DNA from: Chlorokybus atmophyticus
Lineage: Eukaryota; Plantae; Mesostigma and Chlorokybus algae
Length of the DNA stretch: 64,000 bases
Assembly: GCA_009103225.1 (NCBI GenBank)
Contig: RHPI01001403.1
Coordinates: 40,327-104,326 of the forward strand
Reading direction: 5' to 3'
Shown here one piece after another: positions 24,179-38,710 of the stretch (position 1 is its first letter; every line of letters starts with the position of its first letter). The notes beneath the pieces are model-generated. The model had not been told where the DNA came from. It was given only the letters and a program-made list of their open reading frames with translations, and searched no databases. A program made the position numbers and the translations under genes.

Positions 24179-27100
24179 ATGGAAACCCCTCGGTCGACCC
24201 GACTGCATAGGCAACCACCAGTCAGAGAGTGAGACACTGGCACATCTCTGAATTGGATTACTTTGACTCCACACAAGGTTCTCCCGCAACATGTACTGAC
24301 ATTGTTTCTTCTCTCCAGCTGTCCGTGTAAAGATGATCGTGCGCGGCCAGCACCAAAGCACATCTCCAAGCGCACACGTCAGCGACATATCCGCACGCGT
24401 GGACTTTAAGGTCCGCAAGTAAGTCATGTTTGTTTTGGTTGTATTCTTTTACACGTGTTAACTACTTAAACCAACGCACAGCATTCTTACAAACACATAC
24501 AGTCCATGCAGCAGTTACTCAAGCTATTGTTAAGCAGTAGGAGACAAGCACTTTACGTTATGGCATGAGGCAAAACCAAGCCCAGCGCTTAAAAAAACGC
24601 AGTTCAAGTGCTGGCTTGAGATGCAGTTAAAAGCCCCACATAACTGTAATAGTTATGTGCCTGACCCCTCATTTCCCCTGTACAACGGTGTCATCCCACG
24701 AGGCAAACGGTTTCAACATTACCGCAACAACTACATGGTCTACAAATCAAGAATCGCAAATGCTGGTTTAGGTTAAATTTTTTATCAAACATTCCGCGCA
24801 ACATCTTGCTCATGCCCTACGACGGTCCGCGTTACACCTATGCGGAGAAGATTGCGGTGTTTGGCAGACAATTGGGTTGGCAGGGTAGATACTTGCTTGA
24901 GGTTAACTCCCGTCTCGCATTGCGTGAGCGTGAGTACATCAAAGGGGATGTGTGCGACGGCAATGTCGCCGGCTATATCAATTCTGGGTCGCGTCGTTGG
25001 AAGCCCAATGCTGAGTATTATGTAGATGATAAACGTGTGTGGATTCGTAGCCTTAGGGACATTAGCATGCATGAGGAGCTGTTGACTCGGTATGAGTTTT
25101 GCCCGTCCCTTCCAGGCCTTACATTAGTTACGTAGTGCAGGTGTAGCGTTCAGACTGACTTTACAGCTGTATTGATGGTGTAATTCCTGACGTTATAGAC
25201 ATGATTGCTGTTAATACCTGCAGTCTTGTCTACAGTCTTATAGTTGCACATGTGTTTGAATGCGTGTTCATGCGTGATGCCGACAGGAGCCTGCACATCC
25301 GTCTCTCGTAGAAGATACCAAGATAGCATTAGAGCATACTACAATTAGCGAGCATGATCCCCACTCTACTTACGAAGTAGCTGCCGAGTTGACATCGACG
25401 CCGCGGTTGCCTTCATCTGCACCGACCAGAGCTCATGCAAGCGAAGTGACATGTGCGGCCCAGCTACAATCATTACAGGAGAGAGATGACGATTATGTGC
25501 AGCTTAACATAGGGGTCCGGGATACCACTCCAATGCCTTGTGCCGACGAACCGGTCATCACATGTACCTTTACAGGAGCTGCAGTCGTTACACAAAAGTG
25601 TGGGTCATTTGCAGCTGGATACATGTTGTCAAGACGCTCCTCAGGAGCCATGCGCGGCACAACAGTCAGCACATGAAGATGTCGGTCATGTCCAACTTGA
25701 CATGGGAGATGAAGAGGGTTCTCCGGTGCCATGCACGGCCCAGCTGCAGTTGTCACGGGAGGAGGAAGACGCTGATTGCGTACAGCTGGACAATGACTAG
25801 CTTGATGAGTTCTTAGAGGATGTTTCTACCCGTGCTGTGAAGCCACTCAGCACGAATCCGGAGTTCAATGTGAGGATGGCATTAATTCTAATGCTGGAGC
25901 TTGGGTGCCGGAGCAAATGGAGCACCAAGTCATTGTCTAGCTTACTGAGTTTGATTTAAACGATACTCCCGGACTACGACATACCCGCAAGCAAAGCAAA
26001 GCTGCTGGTGAGATTACGACATCTGGAGCTTCTTTTTAGAATCATCCACGCCTGCCTGAATGACTGCTGCTTGTTTAACGAAGCAAGCAACGACTTTGAC
26101 ACTTGCCCACACTGTCAGGCTGACAGGTAATAATATCCTTTGTGATACATCTTTGGTCAATGCTCATAGACATTCGCATAATTGCACCGCTGATCTGTCA
26201 TTCTTGTTGTGACTTAGATACAAGGAAAGTTTTGACCAGGGTCTGACTCGCAAGAAAAAGAAAAGGAGGCCTCGGAAAGTGTTCCGTTACTTTCCGCTGA
26301 TTCCACGTCTGCAGCGAGCACTTAGATTGGAGGCTTTTGCCTCACACGTGACCTGTCACGCGGAGCATCGCTCACAAGACGAGTGGATGCGCGCAATATA
26401 CGACTCACAATGCTGGTCGCATGTGGAATAGCTCTACACCGACTTTCGTCATACACGCCACTTGCGGTTGGGGTTCACAACCGATGGCGTCAACCCCTTC
26501 AAGAAAGGCTCCTCCACGCAAAGCAACTACAGCATGTGGTCACTCACCGTCTTCTGCATAAACCTCCCGCCTTCGTTGGTGTTCAACAATAGCTTTTTGT
26601 GAACCGTTGGCATCATACCAGGTGCGCCAATCTAGTCTGTTGATGTGTAATGTAGCGGACATCATACACTTTTTAGATGTACATGTGGATATAATAGCTT
26701 GTTATGTTGATATTGCGCATAATAGCAGCGTTTGTATACTCGTTTTTGTCTGCTGAGCTTGTTCTGCAGGACCCAACGAGCCCAAGCATATCAGCACCTA
26801 CATTCAGCCTTTGGTTAACGAACTCAAGCAGTTGTGGAGGGGTGCACCTGTTGTAGACAGCATTGAACGCACACCGAACCAACCTTCCAAGTTTCTTCTG
26901 AAAGCCATCCTACTTTGCTGCCTACACGACTACCCCGGCTTTGGAAAATGCGCAAAACGTCAGGTGCAAAGGAAAGTTTGCAGTGTGGTTTGCGGTGATG
27001 CTTTCAAGGCCGAGCACAGCTCATGGTTGTCGAAGACGGTAATGGTTGGGCACCGTCGATTCTTGCCACTTGATCATCATCCATATCGACATGACGAGAG

Positions 27101-29409
27101 CTTTGGCCCCCCAGAAGAACGGCCGCCACTTGCACCTTTGACCAAAGAAGATGTTTGCTTCGGAGGTGAATTACCAAATCTACTGATCAATTGTCTTTCA
27201 CCGCACATGTGTGCAAGCCTGGCATCAATGTGTGTTGCATTCATGCGTGCGTGCAAGCATTAATGATGTTGTCTATTGCTAGGAACATGCGTAGAGAGAT
27301 GTGAGCAAGGACAAGGCGACCCTAGAAGAGCAAAGGAGTGAAAGAACAAAGGCATCAAAGGCCTCTCTCCCTTTGAGTAATTACCGTACGGGCATGAAGT
27401 CCCCGGACACATCATCGACCATATGCATTACGTTGCCAACACCGTACGCCGACTTTTACACCTCCTGACCGGCAAAGCTGATATGCAAACACAATTAGAA
27501 CATAGTGTTGGTATTCATCATTATTGATCACAGCGTGGGTTGTTGCAGGTGATGATCTTCGAGGAAGGTATGAGCTGATGGAGATGGACAAGCGCGCTGA
27601 CTTGTGGCCCGTGAAGAAGATTAATACCAAAGGTAACGAGGTGGTAGTGAAGCCCCCGGCCCCTTTCACCTTCACGCGTCAAGAGCTACGCGACGTCCAA
27701 GCAACTTGGAAGAATGTGAAGTTCCCTACAGGGTTTGGAGGCTCAAAGGTCACCGAAGTTATTGCCCGTGAAGATAGATCCCGCCCGAATTCCCATGACT
27801 TGCACAATATAGGTAGTCTCTGTGAATTTCTATAACCACCATTGTAGCATATGCGTGTACATGTGTACACAATGCACGTATGGCAAGTTGTCATGTAACT
27901 TCAACGGTTGTTTTACAGGTAGCATATTGCTGCCCGCAGTTGTTTCGGATAGACTTGAATCAGCCCAGAGGCTAACACTGGCTCGGTTTTCCCATGCTTT
28001 AAGCCAAGCGTCCGCCGCTTGGCTGCCCAATGATGAGCAGCTTCTCCGTGACGTAAAACTCGACATGATGGAGTGCTTGTGTCTGCTGGAGCGCGATTTC
28101 CCGCAATCTTTCCTTACCGTCTCGACTCATCTAATCCTACACACGGTGCAGGAATTGCAACAGTGCGGTCCAGTTCGAGGCGTGTGGATGTTTGGGGCTG
28201 AGCGCGAGATGCAGCACATTCGCATCAAGTCGGTCAGTCGAAAGGGCCCAAAAGCGAGCGTTGCGTCAGCTGTTCGAAGCGACGAGATCGTCTTCAACTT
28301 TTCCAAGGCGACGAAGGCGATTATACCGGAAGCTGGAATGTCCGTGGCGTCCATTGAATCACGACCAGTGCATTCTCTATTGGGACCAGGCAGCCCATGC
28401 GTCCTGAATCAACATGAGCGGCGCGACATTAATTTGTATTTACGCAACATCAGTACCGAGCTTGCAGACCTTGACAGGTAATTTATCAATATTGTTTGCT
28501 ACTTTATCAATAAACATCTCGACTTCATACAGGTTTGTAAGCACATTATTAATATGTTACCATACAATATCAGTACACAGCTCGTATTTCAATGACTTGA
28601 AACATTATGACATGACCACCAACTGGAGTCTTTGCCGCAACTCATAATGCATATGCCTGTTGCAGGCAGTACGAACTATTTCGCAACCGGCTCAAGCGCA
28701 AAAGGCGTAAAGGTGCAGGTGGAAGCGAGGACTTGAACACCGTGACGCGTGCGGATTTTTTGGAGCGCTGTCTAGACGTAATCAACAACGCTAGCTTTCG
28801 ACTACGAGAGCTGTTCTTGGGCTGCCCACCTCAAGCCAGATGCTACAAACACATGGAAGTCGAGGGGCGGCATTTCCGAATCGCGGAGTCGGACAAGGGC
28901 AAGGTCACGAGTGATGCTGGCGTTGAGGCTGCGTTTACATCGGACTTTAGGAGTTGGAAAGGCGACAAGGCAATAGTCACGGCAACGCTCCCCTACTGGG
29001 GAATCTTGGATAAAATATTGGAGATCCGCTTCTTGACGACGATGGTGAGTTTAATGTGTGTTGTGTTTTCGAACATCACAGAATGTATGGTGTCCGTGCG
29101 ATCAAAAAGTATGGCAATATGTAATCAAGTTCTTGCGTGCAGCTGCACATTTGCAAAGTGAAGTGGTATAAGAAGCAATTCGACAAGGAGCAAAGGCCTG
29201 CAACAACAGCAACTGGCTGCTTTTGGGTGGACAAAAACACGTTCACCAAGCATGAGCCCTTTATTAAGCCCGGCCGTATAACGGGCCAAGTGTTCTTTGT
29301 ACCAGATCCATCTCACCGCACCCGCTTTATTGTCCTCGAGAAGGAAAACGCAAGCAGTGCAGCAATGACGGCATCGATCCGTGCACCCGTATCCGACGGT
29401 TTCACGTGA
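24179..29409 (+). pseudogene. CACTA transposase TnpD of element A with N-terminal transposase-associated Cys motif and SET domain; multiple lesions
   Basis: Exons: PPVRD/CPCKDD...RTRQRH; SET; acidic repeats; IIHACLNDCCLF..CPHC; RKVFRYFPLIPRL; KAILLCCLHDYPGFG; HRRFLPLDHHPYRH; LERDFPQSFLTVSTHL; GPVRGVWMFGAER; CKVKWY...GQVFFVPDP. Stops at 24407 and 25798 among others. Confidence 0.9.
24733..25093 (+). other. SET domain within TnpD of element A (1-nt frameshift at about 24774)
   Basis: YMVYKSRIANAGLG / LSNIPRNILLMPYDG...DGNVAGYINS..KPNAEY..RVWIRSLRDISMHEELLTRY reproduces the SET motifs GxG, YxG, N.A.(F/Y)IN(H)S..PN and RDI..(G)EEL...Y. Confidence 0.85.
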
Positions 29410-30159
29410 GAAGCAGATGTGAGCTATTATAGGGAGCTGCGGGCGTCAATGCTAGAAGAAGGGCGTGGTTTGTGTTTGAAGGGGCGGAACGCAGTTGACG
29501 CCGCCGCCGACGTTCAAAGTGAGGAAGAGGAGTAGAGGATATAGGCCAAGCAGCGCAGCAGATGCTATGTGTTTAACTACATTACAGATGATAGTATTGG
29601 CTGGTGCTGTTATGACAAAGGGGTTGTCAAGTGCCAGCTCAATGCATAGATTGATGATGTCCATACGATGAAGGACGGCTATAGTGATGTCTATAAAGTA
29701 GATACGGTTGACTGCGTCTGATAGTCATCGTGATGAGGTCGTAAGATGTCATTTCCTTAACAATGTGGACAATATCAATGTTAATATGGGCAGACTATAG
29801 TTTGGTCCATAAAGTAGATGTGAACGCGGGCTGCCCGTCTCGTGGTGTGAGAGGAATTAATAAAATATCCATAAACTAAGTGATAAAATCACTGTAAATC
29901 TAGCAACCCAGATTCAGATCTATGATGCTTACATTTGCATGGGTCATGAGGTCCAACATCGAGCTGTGTTCGATCACACGCCCATAACCACATCTACATT
30001 ATCAACATATTTGTGGATATTGTATACATGCCCTCTCCCTTGGATGTGATTACAGACGCAAATCATTACTTTATCCACACAAATACTGATAACATAGATA
30101 TCTACAATAGGGGGGGAAGTTTGTAATGCCTGCGGGCTGCCGGCAGCACACTCTATATG

Positions 30160-31880
<1,721 letters not shown>

Positions 31881-31939
31881 CACCCTTGGCATACTGCATG
31901 AGTCATGCAGTATGCCAAGGGTGACCTAAACCTAGACCC

Positions 31940-32249
31940 TTGCAAGACGACATGTATATACTGGAGCACCCGGTTGCAAAACGCCCTTCTATGTGGGGTG
32001 AAGAAACTTGGTACGCGACCGTCTGTTCGCAGTTGCTTGATTGCGCACATAATCTAACACCAGCTGACTTTTGTGCAGATCGTATATCATACCAGAGCGA
32101 CAACTGCAACAAGGCCTATGTGGAGTTTTGTGCTGCTGTAGACCAGGCGCATGGTGATGTCTTCAAAGAGATAGACCTTGAGATTTAGATGCATGTTGAA
32201 GGGAGCTTCTGGTACCAATACCAACTTGACGAAGCCGTAGTAATACCTG
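31940..32249 (+). pseudogene. Unknown coding-like sequence interrupted by element B (continues 41591-41697)
   Basis: ORF 31940-32188 continues past one TAG to ...LDEAVVIP; removing element B gives in-frame VTPFRASLHKAVLRVSKPERLRVVRS... to TGA at 41695. Confidence 0.35.
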
Positions 32250-32599
32250 CACTACAAAAATATTGCCTGTTTCAGACGTCAGAATTTCAGCTGTGTGCAG
32301 CTGACATTCAGTCGTAACGGAACTGAATTGCAGCACATTGGTAGCAGTCAGACATTAAAGACTGAAGGCGCAGCTGAACTTGAGATGCTAAGGACTGACC
32401 TTGTCACCTGGCCTTGACTCAGATCAGACTTTTGGTACTCACATTCAGCTGCGCAGCTGAACATTCGATGCACGAACGCCTAATGTAAGTTGTTAACAAC
32501 TAGCAACTGAATGCAAGTTGTGATTGCGAATTAAGCGCATTCAGAGCGCGTGAGTTTCAGCACAAGGCCCATAACAAACAATGATCAGTCACTCGTTGA

Positions 32600-35500
32600 T
32601 GCTCGATTGCAAGTACACATGTTGTCCTTGCCCTTGCTATTGCTATCAACTGGCCTGCTGTTGACAGTATCTTGTCGCAATGCGCTGCATGTACTGGCAG
32701 CGCTACCAACACCAGCCCACACGACTCCACTCAAGTGCTGTCGTCGTCAAGTTCGTCTCCTAATTAGCGGACAGCTAGTTTGCCTGTGCGCTCTTGTGAC
32801 TAGTCAAGCGTGTCAATGACTTGTGTGAATGCACAAAACATGCATGTGTGTAATTGGTTATACAACCAACCAGTCATGGCGTTCAACCATGTACCTGTGT
32901 CGCTGTCCTCCTCCATCTCTTCTTCACCTTCGCCGACAGCTGCTGCATCTCCCACCTTGAAGGCTTCGCGCGCTTGTCGCAGTAGTTTATCACGTGCGCA
33001 AGCAGACATTGAAGAGCGCCTCTCCTCCGCATCAGCAGGAGGAGAGGGATCCTCCATGCGAGGCCTCACCGACTTGATGAATGCCACTCTCGTGGCCACC
33101 TCCTTCTCAAGCACTATCAGCCTGTCACAGTCTGCCACAGTCGGCATGGCAAAGAACACTTGCCCTGTGAGGCGATCCGCCTCAATGTAGGGCTCCTCTT
33201 CCTCCTTGAAAAACTGGTTTCGATGCACCCAGAACCTCCCCGTGTCTGTGACTGAGGATTGTTGGTTTTCAAATTGCTTCTTGAACCACTTCACGCGGCA
33301 AAGTAACAGCTGCATCAATAACGCACCTCAGCACAAAGTTCCATGTACGTGAAGGTTGGAAGATACATGCAACACTTCTCACCTCAGAACCGAGAAACTC
33401 TATGTGGAATATGTTGAGCAAAACGCCCCAAAAAGGTAGGATCGCTCGCACAGGTTGGTTATCATTGCGGCGACTTACATACTCGCATTGAAACCCCGCC
33501 TCCACACCACAGTCAAAAGTTACCTTGTCTTTGTCCTTATGTGCTGTCCTGTAGTGCTTGCCCTCAACCGTCATGTGTGAGTACGCGCTGCACTCAGCCG
33601 GGCAACCCAAGAACATGGCACAGGCCTTGGGGCTATACTTGTGCAAGAGATCCGGCTGTTGTTGCAACATCGTGGCAGCATCAATATCATCCTTTTCAGA
33701 CCCATTGCGCAAGTGCTTGCCGTGCCTATCGCGCTGCTTGACTTGACTCTGTATACGCAGTCTATTCACTTCATCCAGTAACCTGGCAACATACATGTAC
33801 AGTCTTAGGTTTTGCCACACACCTGTACATGCCAAACATGGTTAACCCCTGAGTTGATCACACTTCGCACTCACTTGTGTAAGTCTCCAACTTCGGGGAA
33901 GTTGTTGCGCACATAAAGGTTGATGAGCTGCCTGTGACGCTCACTTAAGCGCCACTTGCGTTTGGTGCCGAGGGGAATAGGCATAACATCAGATCTGTCA
34001 AACAGTCGGACTCCGGCAGATGGCCATATCTGCTTCATGGCGCTACTGCAACACAACAAAATCTCTTCCAACTCTATGGACATCACAATGCTTGCTTCGG
34101 GGTCTTTCCGACTCGTTGCCTGCACACAATGTGTTGAACTCAAGAAGGTACTAGACTAACCATTGGCTTGAAGTAGCCTCAACAACTGCATACCTGCTGG
34201 CGTATATCTTGCATTCGTCGCTCAGCTCCAAACATCCAGGTGCCTCGTACAGGACCAAGTTTGCGGAACTGTTGCATTGAGTGCAGCAGCAGGTGCATGG
34301 AGATGTTGAAGATGCCGCGAGGGAAGTCTCTCTCTAACAAACACAATGCCTCCACCAACTCCACTTCCAACTCATCTAGATCCTGCTTCTGTTTAGAGAC
34401 CCACGGTGAACCGACAATGGATAAGGCATCGCATAACTTCACTAGAGTAGTTCTTTGACGGGGTTGTAGCTTTTGCGATATGACTGCTGGAAGCAAAATT
34501 GTGCCTGCAATGTAAGAGAAGTCACACTTGCAGGAGCTCTACGGCACATTGGCTGTGCGCACGACTGTGTGCGGTTGCTTGTGCGCGTGACAACCACATG
34601 TATACCTGTAATTACATACCTATGTTGTGCCAGTTGTGAGTCTTTGCCTTGTATCGCCCCCCTCCCGAGAGCACACCAGCCAATGCTCGACCCCCGAATC
34701 CGGAAGGGTAACGCATGGGGACCCATGTTTGTCGGACTTGCTCCATTTCCTGTTTTGTAAACACATAAGGTGCAGGTGGCCTAACATAGTACGCCTCTCC
34801 TTGCCGGTTTGTCTTCATGATTGGCCATAGCTCCTCTATTACACCTCTCTCCATGAACTCGTACCTGTAATGCAATCAACCTTAGCATTGGCCTGTTTCA
34901 AATCTCTCACTTACAACGTGTCACCTGTCGCGCAATGTGTTCCCTTCTTTGCCTGTAAGACACAAGACAATCTTCTTGATGGCGTTTGAAAGGCAGTGCA
35001 TGCGGTCTATTAGATGGCCCGGGACATGATTCCAATAGGGCAGTAGAGCAAATGGCGAGATGCCTTTGACGCAAGTTAGCACTGCGGGGTGCTGATTAGC
35101 TGGCCCTTCGTATGTCTCTCCAGCAATCGCTGCGCGCATGACGTCACCATTGGAGAAAGGAGCTGGAGGTGGTGCCGTCTCTGTTGAGCCCCATCCGGTG
35201 CTGAGCCTAAATGCATGACCTTCTGGCAAGCAGCGACGATGGTTCATAAACACGCACTTTCTTAACCAAGAGACGTATTCCCCTTGGTAGTTTGGACCGC
35301 ACACTATGCAGGCAATGCGACCACAGATCTGTCTACCAGCTGTTTTACCAAGACCTGGATAATCATGTAAACAAGTCATCAATATCGCCTTCACTGTGAA
35401 CTCAGCTGGCAGGCCTGGTGCTGGCGCCACGTCATGCACCACCACACCTTCATCCCAGAGGCGCATGAGCTCCTTCACGAGTGGCATGATGTACGTGCTA

Positions 35501-37450
35501 AGGTTTTTTGGCTCTCCAGGGCCTGCTCAATGCAACATTGCAAAACTTCAATGGCATGCTGCTGTGCGTGTTTGCGTGTTTGCGTGCGTGAATGCATGCG
35601 TGCGCGCGCGCGCAACTTACCAGGTATTATACCTACAGTCCACATGTATTCTCGCTTGAAGGTAAGCCAAGGAGGAATATTGTAACAAAAGACTGTCAAA
35701 GGCCACATTGAACACGTGCTCTGAGCTGAAGGACCTCGTTTGAAAGGGCTGACCCCATCAGTTGAAAAGCCCAAGCGTAGGTGGCGCGGTTCTTGCCGTA
35801 GCTCAGGGTATAAATCTTCAAGTTCCGTCCAGGTAGGAGAATCGTAGATGCTCCTCATCCATGGGTCGCTGGAGCGGTTGCGTTTATGATAGCTGAGGTT
35901 TGCTGCAAAATGTCGGAGGCGAAAGGCGCGCTTGATGCGTGGTATGAGCGGCATGCAGTGATAAACTTTGCGAGGTTTTTGCTTATCCATGGTGCCTTTG
36001 AACCTGTGGTGCAGGACAACATGTCTGAGCTGGTACAAGTTAAGGTCAAGGAAGCACATGCAACATGAAGACGCACCTCGGTTCGTTGCACTGCGGGCAG
36101 ACCTCCTTATCTTCGACCTCACCGGCAAACAGAACGCAGTCATTAACGCACACGTCGAACTTGATTGTGGGCAGGGCAATGTGCTTCAGAGCATGCAGCA
36201 ACTGCCGTTTGCTTGTGGGAAGTAAGTTGTCGGAAGGTAGCATGCATGCGTGCAAGAACATCGCCAGCTGATCCAGACCCTCTGCACTCGATTGACTTTT
36301 AAGTTTGTGAATGAGAAGCAGCAGAGAAGCCATTTCCATTGACAAGCTGCTATTCTCATACAACGGTACTTGATGAAGGTGACTGAGATCTTCGGCAAAC
36401 AAGTCCACATGGTCTTCACCACCTGCCTGCTTGAAGTCCTCCCCTAGCCACTCCTCTGCTGCTCCCTCTTCCTGCTCCTCTTGAAGTCCATCGTCATCAC
36501 GTGTGCAATCCCCAAGTACGCTGCAAATTACATAAGTTAGCATGCGCATGCGTGTCAGGCAGTTCATGACGCCGTGTGTAAGCCGCCAAATTCACATCAG
36601 ACCTGTCAAGCCATCGTGTGTGGTGTTCACCACGCTGCTTGCTAGTCTCATCCACACAAGCTTCGCTGCCGACTTTGTCATCAGTGTCGTGCCGCGCGCC
36701 TCATTTTGCACGCCAGGATCCTCACAACTTGCTAATAACGGTACCGCTGTCACACGCTCGCCTTCAACTGCTGCGGCTGGCGAGGTTTCATTGTGCGCAG
36801 GGCTGAATGAGGCTTCAGTTGGCGGCTATCACAATGCGCTGTTTGTTAAGCGTAATCAACTCTCACCCACGTACTCACCCAGCACAGATGCGCGCGCACA
36901 CACATGATCCATGACAACCACGACAGCACACAAACCTGCCAACGTCCATGTTGTTGAAAATGTCTCCACTGTTGCCGCAAGCTGATGGCATCCTTCAATC
37001 CTCTGCAAAAGTTTGCACATGCAATACACTTTGGCGAACGGCAACGAGGCCCTCCGGACGGTCGACTGCATATTCCCAAGCCCTGTCGAAATCATGTCGT
37101 GCGTGTCACACAAGTGTTTCCTAGCCATTGCTCAATTGCAATTCAACGCTGTGGCAATGGTATGTTAGAGATTCCAGAACCATGACATGCACACGCATGT
37201 CCATACAGAGAGCACCCGCACACACCTGCAAACACAAGCGTCCCTCCTCCCCTCCCCCCCCCCCGCGCGCGCATGCGCACACGCACCTTGGACCACTACT
37301 TTCAGCTGTCAAGGCTCATGGGCGCGTCGAAGCTGATGCCCTCCGGCTCAAGCAGCATTCCTGCACATGCACGACAATTACAACAGAACGCAGGTATGCG
37401 TATGTGCTCGAGCTCCTTGCCGTATGTGTTTGTCGTAGTTGCAATGTCTG
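32600..37450 (-). CDS. CACTA transposase TnpD of element B (multi-exon, few lesions)
   Basis: YCMCKL/CRGLKDAISLRQQWRH (frameshift at about 37010); DVCVNDCVLF..CPQC; HLRLGFSTDGVSPF; AILMTCLHDYPGLG; IDRMH; LERDFPRGIF; GPVRGTWMFGAERRM; CRVKWF...GQVFF. No SET domain seen. Ends are approximate. Confidence 0.9.
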
Positions 37451-38318
37451 GGTATGGGTATGGGTACTTACCTGTTAATGAGATATTAACTGAACGGCAC
37501 GCACGCACGAACTGCACGCATTAGCATGTGTAAGTTGTACTTATATCTTACAGCAATCGCAAATAACAATTCGTTTCCCCTCCTGTTAACAGGCCGCACG
37601 CAATCACCAATGACCACGCGCTCTACCTTTACTGCACCTGCTGAGAGTGCTCCCGCAGTACCACAAGCTGTTCGCTAGCACCTGTGTGTGAACGGAGAAG
37701 AGGCACATGTGTGTGCGTGTGCGCTTGTGTGCACGCATAAGCGATAGCAAAACTGTTCGTCAGCACCTGTGTGCGTGCGCTTGTGCACGCATGAGCATGT
37801 GTGTGCGCTTGTGCGTGCGCGCACTCAGCAGCATGCGTGCGGGTGCATACACATTTGCATGATGTCACTGATTGTGCTGTGCAGCATAGTAATATGACAC
37901 AGTCAGCAGTGATAGACATGTACTAGTCTACTAGCATAGCAGTAGCATAGCAAAAACATGCTCAAAATGACAACACCGGAGCAGTCAACACGCTACCTAC
38001 CAGTGTCTTCCGCCTGTCCGCTCTCTCCGCATAATTCTCTATGCCTCCCACCGCCACTCCCGCTGCCGCCAGCAGACCCAGCATGTTTATCAATACTACA
38101 TCGCATGCCATGCAGGACTTGTGATGGGACTGTTCTCTATGCCTCGCTGCTCCCCCCGCTGGCTGTTCTCTCCCTTCCTCTCCGAGACCCGCGCAATCCC
38201 ACTGTCTACGCCTATCCAACCACTCTCCTCCTTCCCCTCTATGCCTCGCCGCCGCTTCCAGCGCCGCCGCCGGCGACAACCCTGCGTACCGCGTGCATGC
38301 CGCCGCTGTTGTCGTAGC

Positions 38319-38360
38319 AAACCCTAGGGCCATAAAAGGGGCTATAAAAGGGGCTATATA
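38319..38360. promoter_or_regulatory. Putative bidirectional promoter of element B
   Basis: Telo-box AAACCCTAG followed by tandem CATAAAAGGGG/CTATAAAAGGGG/CTATATA TATA-like motifs, between the divergent TnpD and TnpA-like genes. Confidence 0.45.
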
Positions 38361-38710
38361 CTTAGGTATTACTGTTAGCGAAAAACTGACTGCAGTGCAT
38401 GGCCGGCTACACATGCATGGGAAGAGCCCAGCGCCCAAGGCAGCATACAGAACAGCATAGAGAGCAACAGTTTCAGCTAGCAGGCAAGAGCAGGCGGCAC
38501 TAGCTAGCAGGCGGCAGTTGCTCTACGAGTAGCAAGCTCTACAGAAGTTGCTAACAGCAGGCGGCACTAGTAGCAAGGCGGCAGTAGTAGCAAGCAGCTG
38601 TAGCGACTGCAAGCAGCAGTAGAAACCAAAGGTGACACTGGCAAGGGGGCATACTTGTACAAGAGCTAGTTAGAATGCAGTTAGTGCTAGCCAGATTTGT
38701 GCTGAACAGT

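Larger units (their letters stand above)
13888..30128. mobile_element. CACTA/En-Spm DNA transposon A (16,241 bp), complete but decayed
   Basis: Left TIR CACTACAAACT-N9-ATTGTAGATATCTA; right TIR (reverse complement) CATTACAAACT-N9-ATTGTAGATATCTA; TSD CCT at 13885-13887 and 30129-30131; internal transposase; TGTAGAT/ATATCCA-like subterminal motifs at both ends. Confidence 0.95.
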
